NCBI GenBank assembly: GCA_035250975.1
Contig: DATFEP010000036.1
Span: 1 to 27,321, forward strand
Reading direction: 5' to 3'
DNA: 27,321 bases
From: Nitrososphaeraceae archaeon
Lineage (GTDB): Archaea > Thermoproteota > Nitrososphaeria > Nitrososphaerales > Nitrososphaeraceae
This document shows, one piece after another, positions 18,797-26,616 of this stretch. Under the pieces are notes generated by a model. That model saw nothing but the letters and a program-made list of their open reading frames with translations. It searched no databases and was not told where the DNA came from. The position numbers and the translations under genes were made by a program. Positions within the stretch are counted from its first letter, which is position 1; each line of letters starts with the position of its first letter.

Positions 18797-19789
18797 ATGC
18801 TTGATAAAGTAGACAAAATTATTATAGCTCAACTGGGAAAAAATGCAAGACTATCATCACAAGAACTACGAAAAATCCTTCAAGCTACTGGACATAATAT
18901 TACAGACAGAGGAGTAAGACATAGAATACAAAAATTAGAAAAAAATAATATAATTTTAGGATATTCGGCAATCATAAATCCTAACATAATCTCAGAAAAA
19001 ATTAATCGTACTGTTCTATTGAAATTCAAGTATGGAAAGTCATCACAGGAAAGAATCAAACAATTAACTGACTATGTGAATCAATCATCATTTTGTTTAT
19101 ATGCTAACCGATTAAGTGGTGATTATGATTGGATTTGTAATTTTATATTTGATTCAATCGAACAATATGAATTGGAAACTGATAATTTTGTAAATAGATT
19201 TTCTTCATTGATTTCAGATTTTAGATCATATGAATCTAAAATGATTAAGTCTTCACCATATTCAGTTTATGATGAGGAGGGAATTAAGGAGAAAAAAGAA
19301 AGAGTATTTCAAATTTTAAGTTCTGTTAGAAAGTACAATACTCTTAATGATAGATTACAGGCAATTGTAGAAAGTTTGGTAAAATATTTTGATGCTGCGT
19401 TTGCCCGGGTTTGGTTTGTTGATGAAAATCAAAAATATCTGATTTTAAAGTTTAGTGCAGGAATGTATACCGGAATAAAGGGAGAATTTTCAAAGGTATC
19501 CATTAATTCATTAAAAATTGGTCCGGTAGTAAAAACAAAAAAAGCTGTTGTTACAAATGATGTTGTAAATGATCCAAGAATAAAACATCACGATTGGGCA
19601 AAAAGGGAAAATTTAAAGTCTTATGCTTCCTATCCACTGATATACAAAGGAAAATCAGTTGCTGTTTTAGCAATGTTTAGTAAAAAAAGGCTGACTCATG
19701 TTGAATTCGAGGTTTTAGGTATATTTTGTGATCAACTTTCAAAAGAATTGGCCGGTTTTTTTGAGGCCAAAGATTTTTTATTGGAATAA
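18797..19789 (+). CDS. Lrp/AsnC-family regulator fused to a C-terminal GAF domain
   Basis: MLDKVDKIII...NARLS...RIQKLEKNNIILGY HTH, RAM-like LSGDYDW domain, then GAF (ARVWFVD, TNDVVNDPR, SYASYPLIYKGKSVAVLAMFS). Confidence 0.88.
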   Translation: MLDKVDKIIIAQLGKNARLSSQELRKILQATGHNITDRGVRHRIQKLEKNNIILGYSAIINPNIISEKINRTVLLKFKYGKSSQERIKQLTDYVNQSSFCLYANRLSGDYDWICNFIFDSIEQYELETDNFVNRFSSLISDFRSYESKMIKSSPYSVYDEEGIKEKKERVFQILSSVRKYNTLNDRLQAIVESLVKYFDAAFARVWFVDENQKYLILKFSAGMYTGIKGEFSKVSINSLKIGPVVKTKKAVVTNDVVNDPRIKHHDWAKRENLKSYASYPLIYKGKSVAVLAMFSKKRLTHVEFEVLGIFCDQLSKELAGFFEAKDFLLE

Positions 19790-20082
19790 GAATTTTTAAA
19801 ATATTTCTCGCGAAAAAGAATATATAAAAATATTATTTTGAGTTGAAAAATAATTATTTATTGCTCATTATCTATTATAGATAATTTTAATTTAATTATT
19901 ATCATTATACAAAATTTTTTAATATATTCTAAGATTAAAAGATGCGTATAACTTGGCAATGAGACTGTAAAATATTTTATTTAACAAAAATTTACTGGTC
20001 CCAATTTATAGAAGGATTCAAATCCCACTGATTCCTCTTTTTCGTTTTTTTATAATTAATTAGAAATTGTTTGCAAATATTC

Positions 20083-20137
20083 AAATAAGTTACCAAATTA
20101 ATAAATAACAGTTTACCGATCCAATTACATGTCATAC
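20083..20137 (+). repeat. Dispersed site D (type 1, left flank plus core only)
   Basis: AAATAAGTTACCAAATTAATAAATAACAGTTTACCGATCCAATTACATGTCATAC matches 22850-22903. Confidence 0.88.
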
Positions 20138-20147
20138 TAAAAACAGG

Positions 20148-21206
20148 TTATTTGAAAAACTCTAGTATCTGTTTTGTCAGAAAATTTGGTCTTTCTTCCG
20201 GAATGAAATGCCCTGTATTTGGTAACGTCATCCCTGTAACGTTGTTTGAAACTTTTTGAAATGATGTTGTAGTCAAGTTGCCTAAACCTGCTTCTCCGCC
20301 TATTGTCAATATTGGTATATCTAGTTTTTCTTTGGCATATTCCTTGTTTTGTTCTGCATCTTCAAAAACTGCTCTATAGTATTCAAAACCAGCACGCATT
20401 GCGCCAGGTTTTGAATATTGTTTAATATACTCTTCTCTAGCTTCTGATGTTATTGCAGATTGATTATAAGTCCAGTCATAAAACCAATTAAGATATGTGT
20501 CTTCTTTTCCTTCAATCAATTTCTCTGGTAGATCCCTTACTGCATGAAATGAGAGATGCCATAATCCATTTGGTGAAAAGTTTGCTGCTTCTTCTAATCC
20601 AAATCCAGGCAAAACGATATCAAGTATAACCATTTTATTTACACCTTCAGGATGTGCGGCTGCATAAGAATATGCTACTGCTGCTCCCCAATCATGTGCC
20701 ACAAGATATATTTTACTATATCCTAGTTTCTTTACTAGTTGGTAAATATCTTCTGCAATAGTTTTCTTGTCATATCCTGTTTGTGGTTTTTCTGAATCTC
20801 CTATACCTCTCATATCGGGAGCTATTGCTGTATAATTGTTAGCTACTAATTGGGTAATAATGTGTCGCCATTCATACCATGTTTGTGGAAAACCGTGGAG
20901 TAAGACTATTGGATCTTGACCATTACCTTCACCACTTATCACATAGTGAAGTTGAATTCCATTAACTGTGGTTTTGTGATGTGTATAGTCTATTTTTTTC
21001 TCACTATTATCACTAATAGTGTTTTGTTCAGCAGTAACTGGATAAATAAATCCTAATGAAACTATAGAACAACAACAGATGATGAATATTAGAAAACTTT
21101 TAAGTATAGATAAACTACCGATAGTATTCTCTCTTAGAAATACTAGCCATAAAGTAAAACTTTTCTTGTTTTTCATTTGTTTATCAGATTTAAATCGATT
21201 TTCCAC
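20148..21206 (-). CDS. Alpha/beta hydrolase (epoxide hydrolase-like) with N-terminal signal/TM segment
   Basis: LLHGFPQTWYEW, APDMRGIG, AHDWGAAV and TGHFIPEERP motifs. Start codon uncertain. Confidence 0.92.
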   Translation of the reverse strand: MENRFKSDKQMKNKKSFTLWLVFLRENTIGSLSILKSFLIFIICCCSIVSLGFIYPVTAEQNTISDNSEKKIDYTHHKTTVNGIQLHYVISGEGNGQDPIVLLHGFPQTWYEWRHIITQLVANNYTAIAPDMRGIGDSEKPQTGYDKKTIAEDIYQLVKKLGYSKIYLVAHDWGAAVAYSYAAAHPEGVNKMVILDIVLPGFGLEEAANFSPNGLWHLSFHAVRDLPEKLIEGKEDTYLNWFYDWTYNQSAITSEAREEYIKQYSKPGAMRAGFEYYRAVFEDAEQNKEYAKEKLDIPILTIGGEAGLGNLTTTSFQKVSNNVTGMTLPNTGHFIPEERPNFLTKQILEFFK

Positions 21207-21249
21207 TTTACATACACCACCATCATTTATTGCTATAATCTATAGAATC

Positions 21250-21663
21250 CTAGACTTTAAGACGATTAAATTCTCCTATAATAGTGCGAGATCCAGATGT
21301 AATGAGAGATAGATATTGCTGATAAAGTGATTCACAATTCTTATCTTTTTCCATATTTGCCATTATTTCATCTCTGTGATTGCGATCTCTGTAAGACTGT
21401 ACTTCTATCCAAACCTCTTCCTCATCTTGTTTAGCTGAGACAGTTTCTGTTATATTTACAAAATTCATTATAGTATCCGTACTGCTTAGATAAAAGAATT
21501 CTGAATTAATAGGTCCATGTATCGGTAACGAATTTTTAATTTGTTTATTGAGTTGTACCATAGCATCATGATTCTTTTTAGGTACTCGATAAATAAAGAT
21601 CTGAGCATGACTTTCAATTTCTTTTTTCTCTTGTTCATTTCCCAATATGTTTGATTTACTCAT
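21250..21663 (-). CDS. DUF1428-like dimeric alpha/beta barrel protein
   Basis: FIYRVPKKNHDA, SYRDRNHRDEIMANM and terminal GEF motifs. Confidence 0.75.
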   Translation of the reverse strand: MSKSNILGNEQEKKEIESHAQIFIYRVPKKNHDAMVQLNKQIKNSLPIHGPINSEFFYLSSTDTIMNFVNITETVSAKQDEEEVWIEVQSYRDRNHRDEIMANMEKDKNCESLYQQYLSLITSGSRTIIGEFNRLKV

Positions 21664-21848
21664 AGTTTTTTAGTATATTAGGTATAGTATAAAAATCAGT
21701 AGGGAGTAAAAATATCGTTAGCAGGTGCAATGCATCAAAGACACCAAAAAGAGCAGTCATATCACAGTTATGAATGAAGAGATCTCGCCATTATATTGGA
21801 ACTAACTATAATTATATAAACTCCTGAATTATTCTTAGAAGGATAATA

Positions 21849-22754
21849 TTGCCGCCACAATTTACAATCATAGATGCTCCTTCAATTCTAGGATTACGAC
21901 CAACAGGAGTAGAACTTCTACCTAATGCGCTGAAGGCAGCAGGCCTGATTGAAAGATTAAATGCGAATTATGCAGGGAGAGTTTCTACGTTGCCTTATAA
22001 TTCAGAACGGGACAAAATAACTCTTTTACTAAATCCTGACTCCATCAAAACATTTTCCCTACAACTTGCAGACATGGTCTTTTCTGTTATTCGTAGCAGA
22101 CGGTACCCAATTATACTAGGAGGTGATTGTAGCATCGTGATTGGTAATCTTCTAGCTCTAAGGCGTTTGGGAAGATATGGATTATTCTTTATAGACGGCC
22201 ATGCTGATTTTTATCAGCCAGAAGCTTCTTTAACAGGAGAGGTCGCCGATATGGATCTTGCAATTGTATCTGGTCGCGGTCCAGATGTTTTGACTAATAT
22301 CGATAATCTTAAACCACTTGTCCGTGATGAAGACATAATTCTATTTGGTTACCGCGATAGAGAACAAGCCGCAACTTTTGGAAGTCAAGATGTTCGAAAT
22401 ACTAATATTCATTCATTTGATCTTGCATACATTAAACAACGAGGAATTACAACTGCCGGATCAGAGGCTGTCAAGAAGCTTTTGAATAATGAACTTGGTG
22501 GATTTTGGATCCATCTCGATGCCGATGTATTGGATGACTCAATAATGCCAGCAGTAGATTATCGTCTAAATGGTGGTTTAAGTTTCCATGAGCTTACTGA
22601 GCTTTTGAAAATCATAGTTGCTACAGGTAGCAGTGTTGGGATGGATATTACTATATTCAATCCCAATCTTGATCCAGATAGTTTGATAGCCAACAGATTC
22701 GTTTCGAGTTTACTCGAAGGTATATTAGAAAAAGACCAAGTTGATATTTTATGA
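21849..22754 (+). CDS. Arginase/ureohydrolase family protein
   Basis: GGDCS, DGHAD, HLDADVLD and GLSFHEL motifs. TTG start. Confidence 0.92.
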   Translation: MPPQFTIIDAPSILGLRPTGVELLPNALKAAGLIERLNANYAGRVSTLPYNSERDKITLLLNPDSIKTFSLQLADMVFSVIRSRRYPIILGGDCSIVIGNLLALRRLGRYGLFFIDGHADFYQPEASLTGEVADMDLAIVSGRGPDVLTNIDNLKPLVRDEDIILFGYRDREQAATFGSQDVRNTNIHSFDLAYIKQRGITTAGSEAVKKLLNNELGGFWIHLDADVLDDSIMPAVDYRLNGGLSFHELTELLKIIVATGSSVGMDITIFNPNLDPDSLIANRFVSSLLEGILEKDQVDIL

Positions 22755-22849
22755 ACATAAAGAATTTTAGAAAAAACAGCTGTAAGAAAAATTCAACTCT
22801 TATAGACTTGTTTTTCTAATTTTTTCATGTTCTAGTAAGGAATACTTTA

Positions 22850-22936
22850 AAATAAGTTACCAAATTAATAAATATTGGTTTGCCGATCCCAATTACATGT
22901 CATGCTCAAGCCCTCCGAGCCCATATAATAGTGTTC
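22850..22936 (+). repeat. Dispersed site B (type 1 with left flank)
   Basis: AAATAAGTTACCAAATTAATAAATATTGGTTTGCCGATCCCAATTACATGTCATGCTCAAGCCCTCCGAGCCCATATAATAGTGTTC. Confidence 0.92.
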
Positions 22937-22972
22937 AATGATATTTTCGTAAAGTTTAACTTGGAGAATAAA

Positions 22973-23055
22973 TCATGGTGCTAAACTTGATATATTTGCA
23001 TATACCCTAGCATCTTCCAGACTGGTCATGTTTTGGTATATCCTAGCATCTTCCA
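22973..23055 (-). pseudogene. 3' remnant of a paralog of the 12-aa repeat protein (9802-10401)
   Basis: Encodes (L)EDARIYQNMTSLEDARVYANISSLAP*, with the same downstream flank as 9766-9804. Confidence 0.85.
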
Positions 23056-23493
23056 ATGAAAATGTTGGTAGTATTTTAGCAGATTTACCAGTATTAGCTT
23101 TAATAAAGTGGGATGTATTACCTATTGTCTTTTAAATCGGCTGATGAAAGGGACTGCAAGGTAATAGATAGACTGAAAGGTGGACACTAGTCATACTTCT
23201 TATATATCCAATTCCCTCGAATTTGCTTGTGTGAAAACGTTACTGAAAAGTCTATCAAAAATATTTTAAAATTCCTTGATCAAAGATAATATTTTTATAA
23301 ATTTATCGTAAAATAACACGGGATTGAATCGTAAAAAAGAAATAGTAACAGACCAGTAGATATGTAAATGAAAGTTCTGTGTCGATTCCACTGTCTGCAT
23401 TCAACTCTTGGCTTCTAATAAATACAAATAAAAAAGTACTGTATTATGATAGTAATTGCATATTAAAACACAATTTCTATCGTTGAATTTGTC

Positions 23494-23555
23494 GAACTAC
23501 AAAATTGTGTCAAAATCAGTTGATACACCTCCGAGCCCTATACATCTTTAGGTTA
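23494..23555 (+). repeat. Dispersed site H (type 2)
   Basis: GAACTACAAAATTGTGTCAAAATCAGTTGATACACCTCCGAGCCC-N11-AGGTTA. Confidence 0.92.
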
Positions 23556-23567
23556 TATTTTCTATTA

Positions 23568-23954
23568 TTACTCTACACATATTCCTGGAACATGGAGCTT
23601 CTTGAATAAATGCGGCGAAAGTACTAAACTATCATCATCATATTTTAAAAGTGACGATTGTGTTTCAGAACTAAACAATATTTTGTTAACCGCTTCTTTA
23701 TAATGTTCTATCGATTCCCAAACAGGATAATTAATAAATACACTACTTTTTCCAATCCCTTTGTGCAGTTGTGGAGAAATAAATCCGGGTTGCTGTTTAA
23801 AGTTAGCAGCATCCTCTGCCCAATCCTTTAAAAACTGTTCAACTTTGTCTGATTCTACATTGAATTTGTTTATTAGAATTACCGAACCCTCTATTTTTTC
23901 TTCAATCTGATCCTTAAATTTTACTCTGTCGTCCATTTCAAGAATTTTTGCCAT
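23568..23954 (-). CDS. Antibiotic-biosynthesis-monooxygenase (ABM) family protein
   Basis: VILINKFNV, FKQQPGFISPQLHKG and FINYPVWES motifs. Confidence 0.88.
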   Translation of the reverse strand: MAKILEMDDRVKFKDQIEEKIEGSVILINKFNVESDKVEQFLKDWAEDAANFKQQPGFISPQLHKGIGKSSVFINYPVWESIEHYKEAVNKILFSSETQSSLLKYDDDSLVLSPHLFKKLHVPGICVE

Positions 23955-24210
23955 ACCAATCCAATATAGTAGTAACTAATAGAATAAATGATTTCTTTTT
24001 TTACTACAATAATAGAAAGGCTATTTGGGTGTTGGAGGTCATAGCAGGCAAATAGTTAAGAAAAAATTTATCTTTGCCAGAAACGAATCATCGTATAAAA
24101 ACTTTGTAAAAGATAATTAATTGTAATGAGACTATAATTTAATTAGATTAATAATTACTATAAAGTTGTACTGAAACTATTATATAAAATGCCGTGCAGG
24201 ATCAACTACA

Positions 24211-24660
24211 TTGAATTTTTATAATAATAATGAAAGGAATAATCATGATATTGAATATGTTGATTATTTTGCAATACTTACTGGTAGAGAGGAAGTTCCA
24301 CAAGTTTATACTTTAGATACTGCTTTAGCAACATTTCAATCCAAAGACAATAACGATTTAAAATTCTCTGTAAAGATCACAGAGATGAGCAAAATAAAGC
24401 AAGTCAATATTGATATAGGAAAATCCTCTCAAAGAGAAGAAATAGTTGCAGAGTTGTATAAATCGGAAATTCCATCAGATGAAGTTACGGGCAAATTATG
24501 TGAAGGGGATATAAGTTCACAAGATCTTAAAGGTCAGTTACGAGGAGAGGATACTGCGGAATTGGTCAGAAAAATAGAGAATGGACAAGCATATGTAAAC
24601 ATATTGACAGCAGATAAACCAAACGGAAAGATCAGAGGAAAAATCAAGAAATTAAGTTAG
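24211..24660 (+). CDS. CHRD domain protein
   Basis: AILTGREEVP and GQAYVNILTADKPNGKIRGKI motifs. Confidence 0.8.
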   Translation: MNFYNNNERNNHDIEYVDYFAILTGREEVPQVYTLDTALATFQSKDNNDLKFSVKITEMSKIKQVNIDIGKSSQREEIVAELYKSEIPSDEVTGKLCEGDISSQDLKGQLRGEDTAELVRKIENGQAYVNILTADKPNGKIRGKIKKLS

Positions 24661-25123
24661 AATGTTTTCATTATTCTACTGAGGTGTCTACATGTCTTCG
24701 TTCTTATAATCTTCAAGTGAAGAATATTCATTATTTCATTACCCCGTCTTGCAGTTATCTCATAGATTTCTCTAATTTCGGGAAATGATTTCATCCATTT
24801 GTAATAGGAATTTTGTTGGGTGAAAAATTTTTATTATTATTAGCTCTGTATTTTGAATAGTAAAATTTCTCAGGTTATTTTTATATCATCACTAAAAAAA
24901 ATAATAGCACTTGGAAAACTTTTCCTAAAGTATTTAAGCGTACTGAAAAACAAATTATTAGTACAAGGTAGAGAAATGAAAACTTTAGAGTATAGTAAAA
25001 TAAACACTAGTTACAAAGACTTATCTATGATCTAATTATTGAATCATTTCTTTCTAAAATCAACTATTAATAGTTACCTGTAATCTTAATAAAGAATACT
25101 GTTGTTTTATTATACAATGTAAA

Positions 25124-25546
25124 ATGCCTATTACAAAAGGTAAAATTATATTGATAGTAGATGACGATGAAGATCTTACTAATCTATTTAAAACATTTTT
25201 AGAATATGATGGATATAAAGTAGATGGTTTTACCAATCCTATTGATGCTTTATACTCTTTTAGAAGAAATGTATATGATCTTGTTTTACTTGATTTGAAA
25301 ATGCCCAAAATGAATGGTTTGGTATTATCTCGAAGATTACAGAATATAGATCCTGCTCTATTATTTAGATTTATTACTGCCGCAAATAAAGAATACATAG
25401 AAGACCTCAAGAAAAATAATCCAAATATTGAAAAGATTATTATATACAAACCAATCTGGTTAAACGAACTACGAAGTAAAGTTCATTCACTTTTATTCAA
25501 CCAACAACAACCAAATGATAAAAAACAACTATTGATGACATTATGA
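25124..25546 (+). CDS. Single-domain response regulator (receiver)
   Basis: IVDDDED, LLDLKMP (phospho-Asp), FITA and YKP motifs. Confidence 0.92.
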   Translation: MPITKGKIILIVDDDEDLTNLFKTFLEYDGYKVDGFTNPIDALYSFRRNVYDLVLLDLKMPKMNGLVLSRRLQNIDPALLFRFITAANKEYIEDLKKNNPNIEKIIIYKPIWLNELRSKVHSLLFNQQQPNDKKQLLMTL

Positions 25547-25599
25547 TTAATAAATAGAATATAATTATAAAAAATTGAAAGAAAATAATAAATAATAAA

Positions 25600-26616
25600 T
25601 TATATCCAAACACTACTATGAGTTAATACTAGTCTTCTAACTTGATCTTCTGATAATTGTGCTATATGTTTATCTTTATAAGCACAAAATGCAAGAAATG
25701 GTTTATTTAATTTAGGAGATCCCATACATTCATAATCAACTAATTCATCAACTAAACCATATTCAAAGAAACAATCCATCATAGAAAATACTCGTAATCC
25801 CTTTCTTCCATTATTTATTGATTGTTCAATCAAATTATTCCATTTTAGATGAACTTTTTGGCCATCTATTGCTACTATGTTCTTTTTATTGCTATCTCTT
25901 TTTTGATTAAATAATAAATACCAATCTTCACTATAAGCAATATTCAACAATCTATCATTCCGAAATTTACTTATATCAATATCATGTAATGCCATTTGAG
26001 ATTGTAGATAAGATTCTTGAATATTTTTATCTAATAGTAGTAGAGTTGTTTCATTGTTTTTTATTCCTATTTTTAGAAATTTAATAGCATCATTGATCTT
26101 CTCATCAGTAGAAGAATAAGTATACATAGTATGATCATGTAGTCGGATTTGATAAAGTCTTTCTTTTTTCTTTGTATCAGAAATTAAATCTATTAAATCA
26201 AATACTGAAAATGGTTGAATTCTAATATCTTCCTTATTGCTTATTTCCATAGATAGGAAGGTTTCTATTATAGATTCGGATGATAATATAAAAAATATTC
26301 TTTTATCATAAAATATTTTTTTGATTTCTCCAATAGTAGTAGTTAGTTTAATAATCTTTGTATCTTGTACTGCTGTTTCTGTACAAATATCTAAAACAAT
26401 TAATTCAAGATTTTTATGTTTAATATCATCGTTACCATTTGTGATAAAGGTCAAAATGTCATTCCAATTGATGAATTTTATTCTGTAATTATTTAAATTG
26501 TAGTTATAAAATTGTTGTTGATAGTGTTGAATATTATCTGTAACAAGTAGTATTGTTTTTTTCTTATTATTATTTGAAATCTCATTATTATTATGATTTC
26601 CAATATCTTCTAACAT
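25600..26616 (-). CDS. Pseudo-receiver + MEDS domain protein
   Basis: Degenerate receiver (LLVTDN, IVLDI, IQPF), then MEDS (HTMYTY, FLKIGIKNNE, GLRVF, LVDYE, FCAY, LVLTH). Confidence 0.75.
   Translation of the reverse strand: MLEDIGNHNNNEISNNNKKKTILLVTDNIQHYQQQFYNYNLNNYRIKFINWNDILTFITNGNDDIKHKNLELIVLDICTETAVQDTKIIKLTTTIGEIKKIFYDKRIFFILSSESIIETFLSMEISNKEDIRIQPFSVFDLIDLISDTKKKERLYQIRLHDHTMYTYSSTDEKINDAIKFLKIGIKNNETTLLLLDKNIQESYLQSQMALHDIDISKFRNDRLLNIAYSEDWYLLFNQKRDSNKKNIVAIDGQKVHLKWNNLIEQSINNGRKGLRVFSMMDCFFEYGLVDELVDYECMGSPKLNKPFLAFCAYKDKHIAQLSEDQVRRLVLTHSSVWI

Noticed and set aside
9805-23055. Duplicated repeat segment as a DGR template/variable repeat pair
   Set aside because: Differences are not confined to adenines and there is no reverse transcriptase.
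9713-23555. Dispersed sites as canonical integron attC sites
   Set aside because: AAC...GTT ends occur in some copies, but the sites do not fold into one long hairpin with R/L boxes, and no IntI is in the window.
9826-25449. ORFs 9826-10080, 14730-14957, 15072-15311, 21079-21312, 24853-25035 and 25060-25449
   Set aside because: They are antisense to real genes, low-complexity, or read through a non-coding site (15072-15311 spans site C).
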